Assembly (NCBI GenBank): GCA_963804165.1
Contig: CAWDPO010000045.1
Coordinates: forward strand, 96,001 to 160,000
DNA length: 64,000 bases
Direction: 5' to 3'
DNA from: an uncultured delta proteobacterium
GTDB lineage: Bacteria > Desulfobacterota > Binatia > UBA9968
Part shown: positions 1 through 8,387 of the stretch, in pieces
Layout: each line of letters starts with the position of its first letter
Numbering within the stretch: the stretch's first letter is position 1
The notes under the pieces: generated by a model
What the model was told of the DNA's origin: nothing
What the model saw: the letters and a program-made list of their open reading frames with translations, nothing else
Databases searched by the model: none
Made by a program: the position numbers and the translations under genes

Positions 1-20
1 GACACGTTCCTAGTTTGTCT

Positions 21-245
21 TCACCTTCTCGCGAGGCTCATTGGGATCTCAAGTTCGGCGATATTATTCGGATCGGGGTACTGCAGCCCATCTATGCGTT
101 CAAATCTCTTTTGTAATTCCAAGCGCAGCGTCGTCTTCCTTTGTCCATAAGCAACGATCGATTGCGGGCTGCTCGACCAGGTACGGCCTTCGTCCAAACT
201 GTAGAGTTGAACGCGCTGACCGTGGATTGCGATGTGCTTCGTCAT
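21..245 (-). CDS. Small hypothetical protein (74 aa, MTKHIAIHGQ...)
   Basis: ATG at 245 with AGGAG RBS upstream; lies downstream of sigma54 promoter 1. Confidence 0.6.
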   Translation of the reverse strand: MTKHIAIHGQRVQLYSLDEGRTWSSSPQSIVAYGQRKTTLRLELQKRFERIDGLQYPDPNNIAELEIPMSLARR

Positions 246-521
246 AAATTCTCCTAATCTCTCATCGCGGTTTGTTGCGACGTGATTTGTGCGCAAACCG
301 AGTTGCGTTACCACGTTGGCCACCCTGAGAGCTGGATCAATGAACTATCCGCCACCAGCAGCTCGGTATCGAATCCTCTGACGAAGAGGGTTCGCAGCAT
401 GCTGCTGGCAATGAACCCAACCGATTCAATTTTCGCCAAGTCCTCCAGAGCCCTTATTGTGGGCCCTTTCAGATCGGTTTGTTGTTCCGAGTGGGCAACT
501 TATCGGGCAGGCCCGCGAGCG

Positions 522-602
522 CTACCGGTGCCAACGAGAGTATCCCCAGCCCCCACCACCAATCAAAAGGAACACTAAAAGAACGATCAATAAAGTATCC
601 AT
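522..602 (-). CDS. 26-aa membrane micro-protein MDTLLIVLLVFLLIGGGGWGYSRWHR (DUF3309-like stress small protein)
   Basis: Translated by hand (below ORF-track cutoff); AGGAG RBS; hydrophobic helix plus GGGGWGY; first ORF after a sigma54 promoter. Confidence 0.7.
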   Translation of the reverse strand: MDTLLIVLLVFLLIGGGGWGYSRWHR

Positions 603-644
603 AGTCTCTCCTTTATTTGGGTTTCTATTCTCAACTCTTGTAGG

Positions 645-660
645 AGCACGTTGTGTGCCA
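645..660 (-). promoter_or_regulatory. sigma54 -24/-12 promoter 1 (TGGCACACAACGTGCT)
   Basis: GG-N10-GC spacing, TGGCAC core. Confidence 0.8.
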
Positions 661-733
661 GAACTTGTTGTTCGAAAAAGACTATAGTTTCCGACTGCTT
701 CTTTCGAGTTTTAGAGAAACAAGGATGAAAGAA

Positions 734-770
734 CCGTCGCGGCAGTCGAATCGCTCGACCAAAAGGTCGA
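734..770. promoter_or_regulatory. Putative enhancer (UAS) 1 for a sigma54 activator
   Basis: CCGTCG-N5-GTCGA-N5-TCGACCAAAAGGTCGA; recurs upstream of four sigma54 promoters. Confidence 0.7.
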
Positions 771-813
771 ATTTGATTTGATTCGCGGACGGCCGTTAAC
801 GAATCGGTGTGAT

Positions 814-1236
814 CTAATCTGGCCTGACTTCCGGGGTACCGGTGTCCAATTCGCCACGCCCCAGCGCTTCGCGTGCAGTGCGCGCGAGCTCTTCATAGCG
901 CACGCGAAACCGCTCGAGGTCTGCTTCTTCGAGCCCCTCGAGATCGAGTAAGGCATTGTGCGCGCCACTCACGGCGCGAATCAGCTCGTCGAGTTTGAGT
1001 TGGACGGCGTGGCTATCGCGGTTCTGGGTATTCTGAATCAGAAATACCATCAGGAATGTGACGATCGTCGTGCCGGTGTTGATGACCAACTGCCATGTAT
1101 CACTGAACTTGAATATCGGCCCTGTGACGCACCACATCACGACGATCAAAGCCGCAGCCATGAACGCAGCCGGATGGCCGGTGGCTCGCGCCGTCCACTT
1201 GGCGAAGCGGGAAAAAGGCGATGAAGAATAAATCAC
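814..1236 (-). CDS. Low-affinity iron permease (Fet4-like) family protein
   Basis: FSDTWQLVINTGTTIVTFLMVFLIQNTQNRD..KLDELI signature; true start may be ATG 1274 via an indel. Confidence 0.85.
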   Translation of the reverse strand: MIYSSSPFSRFAKWTARATGHPAAFMAAALIVVMWCVTGPIFKFSDTWQLVINTGTTIVTFLMVFLIQNTQNRDSHAVQLKLDELIRAVSGAHNALLDLEGLEEADLERFRVRYEELARTAREALGRGELDTGTPEVRPD

Positions 1237-1354
1237 GGTGGCATGGGCTTTCGAATTTCAGATCTGTTGTTCATTGCCGGGCGGCAGAGAGTTATTTAAA
1301 TAACGTTCCCTCTGCCACCAACCATTGTCTCTAGCCAGTCGGGAGACTCCGGGA

Positions 1355-1567
1355 CTAAAATTTGCCGGCTATAGCTTTGGCCGCAGTCACTACCGCGGCA
1401 CCGGTTTTTCGGCGCGCCTTGCCGACTTTCTCTTGAATTTTACCTGCTACGCGTTCAGCTTTGCCTTTGGCTTGCAGTCTAGGATTGCCGATCAATTTTC
1501 CGGCTTTCTCCTTAATTGCTCCCTCGATTTGTTGGCCCTTGCCTTTGATCTCAGCTTTATTCCACAT
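1355..1567 (-). CDS. csbD: CsbD family general stress protein
   Basis: MWNK..IKGK..QIEGAIKEKAGKLIGNPRLQAKG pattern; AGGAG RBS. Confidence 0.85.
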   Translation of the reverse strand: MWNKAEIKGKGQQIEGAIKEKAGKLIGNPRLQAKGKAERVAGKIQEKVGKARRKTGAAVVTAAKAIAGKF

Positions 1568-1609
1568 TCCTGTCTCCTTCCAAAGCTCAGATGACGGTCT
1601 TAAAATAAA

Positions 1610-2244
1610 TCAAAACTTTATTGGTCTTCGACTAATCGTCAGTCTTCTGTTTTCTCTCGATCTTCTCTTCTTTAGTCTCAGTGGATTTTCCCTTGCTGGC
1701 AAGTTCTGCTTTCTTGGCCTTCTTTTCTTCCTGTGATTCCTTCTGTTCCACCACAGTCTGCTTGCCGCCTTTTGTTTCACCGTTCCCCTCTGGGCCCCTG
1801 GCCAGACCCGCTCCTGGTTTTTCCTTTGGGTCAGTACCTGTTTGTCTGCCGCCTTTCCTCTCGATTGTCTCGGGAGCTTTGATCGGCGTTGCAGGGACTT
1901 GTGGACTTCTCCTCAGCCTTTGCTCTGGGGCTCTCCACTGACCAGGGAAACAAAGGGCCTTCCGCAGTCAAGCCCTGAACAGGCGCTGAATTTTGGTCCA
2001 GCCTCACCGAGGTCCCGGTGTTGAGTTGGAACTCCATCTTTCCTCCCTCCGGCACCCACAGCTCGTCCCCTTCATTCAGAAGCGTGTTTACAGCAGCAGG
2101 GACCCAGTCACCCGCCTCGGTCGTCCTCATTTGAACATCGCCTTCCAAAAAGCTGATGCGCACGGAACCGAGGTCCAATGCATGGGCGAATCTGGGCAGC
2201 AGAAGTACCGCCATCGCCCATAAAATAACTTTTACTGTCTTCAT
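1610..2244 (-). pseudogene. Internally deleted FecR-domain secreted protein
   Basis: Signal peptide plus RISFLEGDVQ..WVPAAVN..EGDELW..VRLDQN, then an abrupt switch to a K/E-rich low-complexity tail; 3' end approximate. Confidence 0.6.
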
Positions 2245-2409
2245 CTGGAGACTCCTTTTGAAATGCCGCTAAAGCACGCTGTCATCGGCTTTTGGGTTTC
2301 AGATATGTCGTTCATTGCCGGGCGGCACGGAGGTTAAAGCGAGAGCGAGACTTCTCGAAGTAACGCTACCGAGTCACTCAGCCCTGTGTCGTTATCGAAT
2401 TTTCTACAG

Positions 2410-2425
2410 AGCAGGTTGCGTGCCA
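2410..2425 (-). promoter_or_regulatory. sigma54 promoter 2 (TGGCACGCAACCTGCT)
   Basis: GG-N10-GC, TGGCACG core. Confidence 0.8.
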
Positions 2426-2497
2426 GGGCCGGAGATAGGAAATACGCTGCAATTCTCTGAGCTTGTTGTAGCGCGCCGCAGACAAACGAAAAGCGAC

Positions 2498-2536
2498 TCG
2501 TTGAATGCGTCGATGGGCGTCGACCAAAAGGTCGAC
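2498..2536. promoter_or_regulatory. Putative UAS 2
   Basis: GTCGATGGGCGTCGACCAAAAGGTCGAC; TCGACC starts 95 bp from the promoter edge. Confidence 0.7.
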
Positions 2537-2717
2537 TGAGACGGATAACTTGGAGAATTGAAAAAACCCGCCACTGCCTCAGTCGTGAATTGCTCCCCGG
2601 CGATGCATTTGTGAGCTTGCGTGGTCGGCTAGTAAGTCCCTGCCGGAATCGAGACCAAAGCACGTGGCTTGCTTCGACTCGCGGTCAAATGACGGCATGA
2701 AAAACACTGCGTTGAAG

Positions 2718-2816
2718 TTATTCGTACAGGCGCTCTAGTTCTTCTTTGTGTCGCTCTTCATCCTTAAGGATATCTTCAATTGTTTCATAAAGAATTGCGC
2801 CGTCATTTCCGACCGA
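2718..2816 (-). pseudogene. 3' remnant of the ferritin-like gene
   Basis: 2575-2816 aligns with 5750-5996 (3' end of the ferritin-like gene plus downstream DNA). Confidence 0.75.
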
Positions 2817-2901
2817 CTCTGGGATGCAGGCGAACATGAAAAGACTGCAATCCCACCAATTCCCCTAGTCGCCCAGACTCACTGCGAATTATTTTCGAAA
2901 C

Positions 2902-2917
2902 TGTCTAACATTGGACA
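2902..2917. promoter_or_regulatory. Palindromic operator copy a (TGTCTAACATTGGACA)
   Basis: Matches the repeated TGTCYAATATTRGACA motif; upstream of the Anbu operon; -10 element unclear. Confidence 0.6.
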
Positions 2918-3114
2918 GAAATTCTCCCGCGTAGCGCATTATGTAGATCAGACGATACTTGAATCCCAAGTTTCAGCTAAGAAGTAGGGTCAAATCTTTT
3001 TCTCCGACAATTGAACGCCAGTGCGTTGGGTAAAATCGAAAGTCCGCTCACAATGTCAATAGTACAACTGGCCCCTAAGTTATTCTGGTCTCGACCGATC
3101 GGAGAGAAGCAGCC

Positions 3115-3843
3115 ATGACCTACTGTGTAGGCATCATGCTCGACACCGGGCTGATTTTTGCGTCGGACTCGCGTACTCATGCCGAAGTCGACAATTTTGC
3201 GCGTTTCTGCAAGATGACCGTGTTCGAGCGCGCTGCTGACCGGGTCATCGTACTATTGAGCTCGGGCAACCTGGCCGGGACACAGGCCGTCATCAGCTTG
3301 CTGAAGCAGCGAGGGGGCGCTAAGGACGGGGTGCCCAATCTATGGAGCGCGGAGTCCATGTTCGATGCCGCGATGCTGGTGTCGGACGCAATGCGCGACG
3401 TCGATCGGCGCGACGGCGAGCACCTGGCAGAAAGTGATATCGGCTTCAACGCCTCCTTCATATTCGGCGGCCAGATTAGAGGCGAGCCGCCGCGCCTTTT
3501 CCGAATCTATGCGGAGGGCAACTTCATCGAGGCAAGCCTAGAGACGCCCTATCTCCAGACCGGTGAAACCAAATACGGGAGGCCGATCATCGATTGGGTA
3601 ATTACCCGTTCGACCTCGCTGAACGACGCGGCAAAATGTGTCCTCGTTTCGTTCGATTCGACGATGCGCAGCAATTTGTCCGTCGGCATGCCGATCGATC
3701 TGATCTGCTACGAATTGGACAGTCTTGAAGTGCGAATGCGTCGCCGCTTCGACGAGGGGGATGCGTATTTCAGCGCGCTCGGCAAACACTGGAGTGAAGG
3801 CACGCGACAGGTGTTCAGCCGACTGCCCAACCTGGACTGGTAA
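3115..3843 (+). CDS. Proteasome-type protease (Anbu, Ntn-hydrolase)
   Basis: MTYCVG (Thr nucleophile after Met removal), SDSRT, GETKYG, DSTMRSNLSVGMPIDL. Confidence 0.9.
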   Translation: MTYCVGIMLDTGLIFASDSRTHAEVDNFARFCKMTVFERAADRVIVLLSSGNLAGTQAVISLLKQRGGAKDGVPNLWSAESMFDAAMLVSDAMRDVDRRDGEHLAESDIGFNASFIFGGQIRGEPPRLFRIYAEGNFIEASLETPYLQTGETKYGRPIIDWVITRSTSLNDAAKCVLVSFDSTMRSNLSVGMPIDLICYELDSLEVRMRRRFDEGDAYFSALGKHWSEGTRQVFSRLPNLDW

Positions 3844-3854
3844 GGCCACCGAAC

Positions 3855-4631
3855 ATGCTGTCGGAGACCGCAGCGATGGATGGACGCGCAGCCGACTGTG
3901 GCGGCCTGGCTAGCGATGGCCTCGTGATCACCTGCGAGCATGGCGGCAACCGGATTCCCGCGCCGTATCGCGAGCTGTTTCACGCCCATCAGGCGCTGCT
4001 GGACTCCCACCGCGGCTACGATCCCGGCGCGCTCGTCATGGCAAGAGCGTTGGCAACGGCATTTGCAGCGCCGCTGGTGGCCTCCACCGTCAGCCGTCTG
4101 CTCGTTGATCTGAATCGATCCGTCGGCCATCCGCGTCTCCATTCCGAGGCGACGCGCAAAGTGTCTGTCGAGCTGCGTCAACGGATATTGAAGCGCTATT
4201 ACCAGCCTTATCGCGCGCAAGCCGAGCGTTTTGTCAGGCAGGCGATCACGGATCACGGCTTGGTGATCCATCTCTCTTCCCACAGCTTTACGCCCGAGTT
4301 GAACGGCAGGTTACGCGACGCCGATATCGGCCTGCTCTATGACCCGGCTCGACCGGGTGAGGCGGATCTGTGCGAGCACTGGAAGACTTCCCTCAAGACT
4401 TGTGCTCGCGATCTCACCGTCCGCCGCAATTACCCGTATGCGGGAAAAGGCGATGGCCTGACCGCCTGGTTTCGTCGGCGACTACCGCCCGGCGCCTACG
4501 TGGGCATCGAGCTGGAGATCAACCAGAAGCACGTTGTCAGAGCAAGTCGACATTGGACCGCAATGCGCAAAGTGATCGTAGAATCGCTGCGCAGGGTGCT
4601 CGCGACCCACAGTGCGAGGAATTTCGCATAG
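3855..4631 (+). CDS. N-formylglutamate amidohydrolase family protein
   Basis: TCEHGGN, HRGYDPGA, SRLLVDLNR, HSFTP, NYPY, ELEINQ. Confidence 0.85.
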   Translation: MLSETAAMDGRAADCGGLASDGLVITCEHGGNRIPAPYRELFHAHQALLDSHRGYDPGALVMARALATAFAAPLVASTVSRLLVDLNRSVGHPRLHSEATRKVSVELRQRILKRYYQPYRAQAERFVRQAITDHGLVIHLSSHSFTPELNGRLRDADIGLLYDPARPGEADLCEHWKTSLKTCARDLTVRRNYPYAGKGDGLTAWFRRRLPPGAYVGIELEINQKHVVRASRHWTAMRKVIVESLRRVLATHSARNFA

Positions 4632-4693
4632 CCGACCCCGATAACCAAGACCGCGAGCCCCGAGCTGCGCTGGCGGTCAGCAGGAGCCCGACA

Positions 4694-5503
4694 ATGAAGA
4701 TCCGCATAGGTTACGAACTGATTTACGACTGCCCGCAGCCGACCCCGATGATCCTGACCTTGAGCGTACACTACACGCGCGTCTCCGACATCATCATTCC
4801 CGATCACTTGATCTCTGATCCGCCCGTTCCGCTCACCGCCTATCGCGATAGCTTCGGCAACTGGTGCAGCCGTATCGTCGCGCCCAGGGGCCTGGTCAGG
4901 CTGTCCACCGATGCGCTCGTGAAGGATACGGGCCAGCCGGACGTGGTTGTCTCGTCAGCAATACAGACGCCGGTGGAGGAACTGCCCGACGAGACCCTGC
5001 TGTTCCTGTTGGGGAGCCGATATTGTGAGACCGATCGCCTGTCCGAGACAGCCTGGCAACTCTTCGACAAGTCACCGACCGGATGGGGCCGCGTCCAGGC
5101 GATCTGCGACCACGTCCACCGGCACATCACATTTGGCTACGATCACGCGCGCTCCACCAGGACGGCCTGGGAGGCTTTCCAAGAGAGGACCGGCGTTTGC
5201 CGTGATTACGCGCACCTCGCCATCGCCTTTTGTCGCTGCATGAACATCCCCGCCCGTTACTGCACCGGCTACCTGGGCGACATCGGCGTACCGCCGCCCT
5301 ATGGCCCGATGGATTTCGCCGCCTGGTTCGAGGCCTACCTTGACGGCCATTGGTACACCTTCGACGCCCGCAACAATACCCCGCGCATCGGACGCGTGTT
5401 GATCGCCCGCGGTCGGGACGCCGCCGACGCCGCCATCAGCAGCACCTTCGGTCCCAATACCCTGAAGAGTTTCAACATTCGGACCGATGAAGTGAGCGAA
5501 TAG
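4694..5503 (+). CDS. Transglutaminase-like protein
   Basis: ATG 4694 after AGGAG; GVCRDYAH catalytic Cys, DFAAWFE, FDARNN. Confidence 0.9.
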   Translation: MKIRIGYELIYDCPQPTPMILTLSVHYTRVSDIIIPDHLISDPPVPLTAYRDSFGNWCSRIVAPRGLVRLSTDALVKDTGQPDVVVSSAIQTPVEELPDETLLFLLGSRYCETDRLSETAWQLFDKSPTGWGRVQAICDHVHRHITFGYDHARSTRTAWEAFQERTGVCRDYAHLAIAFCRCMNIPARYCTGYLGDIGVPPPYGPMDFAAWFEAYLDGHWYTFDARNNTPRIGRVLIARGRDAADAAISSTFGPNTLKSFNIRTDEVSE

Positions 5504-5897
5504 TGAACCGGCTGAGGATCGGTAGGGCGATTACGCGTAAAGCGCAAACCGCCGCGCTTCGTGAATGGTATCAGGCTTGAGAGAGTGGTGTGTCCAGATG
5601 AATTGGGCCCCTCTTATCGTGGCGAGAGAAGTCTCACAGCGGTAACGCCGGCTTGAGTAGAGCAGCAAGAGCAATCGACATCCTGAATGCCAACAAAGCA
5701 AAGTCAGCGCAGGCCAACCAAGATCCGCACCAGACTCGCGCGCGCACGTTGCCTCAGTCGTGAATTGCTCCCCCGGCGATGCACGCCGTGAGCCTTGCGT
5801 GATCGGTCAGTAAGTCCCATCCGGATCGAGATCAAAGCAGGCGCGGGGCCTGCTTTGACTCGCATCAAGTGACGGGACGAAAAACACCGCGTTGAAG

Positions 5898-6317
5898 TTA
5901 TTCTTGTAAGCGCTGTAATTCTTCTTTGTGTTGCTGTTCATCTTTAACGATATCTTCAATGGTTTCGTAAAGAATTGCGCCGTCATTTCCGACCGAATCA
6001 AGTATCGACCGGTACATTTTAATAGCTGCTTCTTCCTCGGCGATGTTCACCCGCAGAATATCTTTCAAGGTCGTGGCCGGAATGAGATCTTTGGTGGCAA
6101 TCTCCATCGTCGGAGTTCCGGCTAAGGCCGTGATTCGGTCGCGCAGCTGAGCCGCATGAGTCTTTTCGTCTTCGGCTATTTCCTTGAGTCGAGTAGACAC
6201 CGCTTCCGCATAAGGCCCGGTGATAACCGCTGCATGGGTAAGATAACGAATCTGACATGCGTGCTCCTGAGCTAGAGCGTCATTAAGCATTTTGAGTATC
6301 TTGTCTTGGTTTTCCAT
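5898..6317 (-). CDS. Ferritin/bacterioferritin-like diiron protein
   Basis: EH..Y..H, EDEKTH, EEEA, DEQQH four-helix ligand pattern. Confidence 0.85.
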   Translation of the reverse strand: MENQDKILKMLNDALAQEHACQIRYLTHAAVITGPYAEAVSTRLKEIAEDEKTHAAQLRDRITALAGTPTMEIATKDLIPATTLKDILRVNIAEEEAAIKMYRSILDSVGNDGAILYETIEDIVKDEQQHKEELQRLQE

Positions 6318-6501
6318 TTTAGAGTATTTCCCCTTGTCCGATTAGAACTCGCACTTCTCACAATCCTTGTCGCCGATGGCCAAGCCGAAGTCACCGCTAG
6401 AAACGGTAACGAATTCTCCGGCGGGCGGCAGACAGTCGACTAAAAATTGTTTCCTCGCCGCCACCGGAGAAACCAGGCAAAGCCGTCGCAAGAATCGTTA
6501 A

Positions 6502-6714
6502 CTAAAGTTTGCCGGCAATCGCCTTGCCGACCTTCTGCACCGCTTCAGCGGTTTTTCGGCGCGCTTTTCCGCCCTTCTCCTGAATTTTACCTGCTACGCG
6601 TTCAGCCTCGCCTTTGGCTTCGAGTTTGGGATCCTTGATCAATTCCCCAGTCTTGTCCTTGATCGCGCCGGAAATTTGTTTGCCCTTACCTTTGATCTCG
6701 TCTTTGTTCCACAT
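6502..6714 (-). CDS. csbD: CsbD family protein, second copy
   Basis: Paralog of 1355-1567; AGGAG RBS. Confidence 0.85.
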   Translation of the reverse strand: MWNKDEIKGKGKQISGAIKDKTGELIKDPKLEAKGEAERVAGKIQEKGGKARRKTAEAVQKVGKAIAGKL

Positions 6715-6902
6715 ACCTGTCTCCTTTTAAGTGTTTGGATCCTTACGCAAGGATCGGGTTGTTAAGTACCGATTAAACTTTCCAAACCTCAGTCGGGCTA
6801 AATCAAATTGCTTAGATGCTGGGTCATTTTTTCGTTTCTCGGTTCTAACCGAGCGAGGACGGAAGGGAGCGTGCGCTAATTCGCGATGTGCGAACTGTTC
6901 AG

Positions 6903-7085
6903 TCATCGAGTCGAAGAGCTGTACAAGAATAGGCGACAACCGACAGTGGCGCCAACAATTCCCAGTATGATCTCAAGCGCGCTAGGGTCGGCCCCTAAGA
7001 TCTGCGCGTATTGATGCTGTCCTGCCACGTTTCCTATCGACCAACCGACAAGTCCGATCAGTAAAAGCCAAATGATTGCGTACAT
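6903..7085 (-). CDS. GlsB/YeaQ/YmgE-like stress membrane protein (possibly degenerate)
   Basis: MYAIIWLLLIGLVGW...IILGIVGATVG; GAGG RBS; first gene after sigma54 promoter 3. Confidence 0.55.
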   Translation of the reverse strand: MYAIIWLLLIGLVGWSIGNVAGQHQYAQILGADPSALEIILGIVGATVGCRLFLYSSSTR

Positions 7086-7131
7086 GAAACCTCTCCGTCT
7101 TTGCAGTCGCAAAACTAGCAACGCTTTAATG

Positions 7132-7147
7132 AGCAACTTATATGCCG
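7132..7147 (-). promoter_or_regulatory. sigma54 promoter 3 (CGGCATATAAGTTGCT)
   Basis: GG-N10-GC, TTGC at -12. Confidence 0.8.
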
Positions 7148-7219
7148 TACCGTCTCGTCGGGGAAAGACCGAATTTGCCTATGGATTTCTTAAGGTCGAA
7201 AAATAAAATCATTGAAGCC

Positions 7220-7256
7220 TCGTCGAGAGCGTCGAGACCTTTCGACCAAAGAGTCG
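7220..7256. promoter_or_regulatory. Putative UAS 3
   Basis: TCGTCGAGAGCGTCGAGACCTTTCGACCAAAGAGTCG; TCGACC starts 95 bp from the promoter edge. Confidence 0.7.
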
Positions 7257-7282
7257 GGTCGCTCGAGGCGTTTTTCGGTTTC

Positions 7283-7576
7283 CTAATAAACTGGCGTGCG
7301 GTATTGGCCTAGACTCATCATGAGCAGAAACACCAACTTCAATCGCTTCACTTCAACCTCGTCAGTCGGACCGGCGCGAAGCAGTCTTTTTTCGTTGCGA
7401 AGATTCTTTTCGGCGAGCGCGTTGACCTGCTGTGCGGTGCCATGTTTGTACCCGGGTCGCGCATCAAGGTGCTCTCTGGGAGCGCCGGAGGCAGCTTCTT
7501 TAGAAGATGCAACCCGTCCGTCCGCATTGAGACCAAGAGCCATCATGAGAACTGACAGCAACATTAATTTTTTCAT
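7283..7576 (-). CDS. Secreted hypothetical protein
   Basis: N-terminal signal peptide MKKLMLLSVLMMALG; has its own operator-type promoter. Confidence 0.6.
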   Translation of the reverse strand: MKKLMLLSVLMMALGLNADGRVASSKEAASGAPREHLDARPGYKHGTAQQVNALAEKNLRNEKRLLRAGPTDEVEVKRLKLVFLLMMSLGQYRTPVY

Positions 7577-7677
7577 CGCGTCATCCTTCGTTGGGAGTGA
7601 CTAGCGTTTGAGCCAAGGTGCTTTGCACATTTTCAAGTAACCCGCGCGGCTGAAACTTAATGGTTTTAATGGAAGGA

Positions 7678-7720
7678 AGCTTAGGTCGGCTCAAAAGGGG
7701 GCGCAGTCCAATATTAGACA
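7678..7720 (-). promoter_or_regulatory. Operator copy b plus -10 TAAGCT (class II-type promoter)
   Basis: TGTCTAATATTGGACT-N21-TAAGCT. Confidence 0.75.
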
Positions 7721-7888
7721 ATTTTGCAAGGAATTATCCCACGCCGCCTTCATGCCGAAATCAAGTGTCGCTGAGTCACATACGCCAAAAGCAGAGCTTA
7801 AGTTATTTGTCCTCACCGGCATCGGCCACCGCGGAGCGATTCAAGGGCAGGACAAACGGGAGGAGCTTAGGGACGCTTGCGGAAGATC

Positions 7889-8119
7889 CTAACTGCAATG
7901 ATGGATCGTCAACGCGAGCGCTTCTCCGATTGTGTTGCGTCGGGATGGGTCGTCGAGCCACTCATCGGGGATTGAAACCTCCCCCATTTTTTTCTCCTTA
8001 GGATTGAATACGAGGCAGCTTTCAGGATTTAACTTATTCGGCTCGATCACATACCAGCCGGAATACCCGTACTCGGTTAGAACGCTCTGGAGGATGTCCC
8101 GCTTCTTCAATGTTTCCAT
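7889..8119 (-). CDS. Hypothetical protein (76 aa)
   Basis: AGGAG RBS; downstream of operator copy c. Confidence 0.6.
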   Translation of the reverse strand: METLKKRDILQSVLTEYGYSGWYVIEPNKLNPESCLVFNPKEKKMGEVSIPDEWLDDPSRRNTIGEALALTIHHCS

Positions 8120-8291
8120 AAACTCTCCTTGCTTTAGCCGCGAGTTACCGTGACGGCCTATGATGGCGATTCTCTATGGGCATCGTGGAGCTTTTCTCGG
8201 CGCCGTGGTTGCCATACCGATCATTGCTCCCAGTAAAATCCAAACTGTGGCGGCACAGGTACTATTCCCTTCTATTGGGTGAATTGCTCTA

Positions 8292-8333
8292 ACGATAGGC
8301 CGGCTAGGAAAGATTGCTGTCCAATATTGGACA
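8292..8333 (-). promoter_or_regulatory. Operator copy c (perfect palindrome) plus -10 TATCGT
   Basis: TGTCCAATATTGGACA-N20-TATCGT. Confidence 0.7.
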
Positions 8334-8387
8334 GTCTCGCAAAGACTTATCACAAGGCCAGGGAAGGGAGAGCCGCCCGAGACGATT

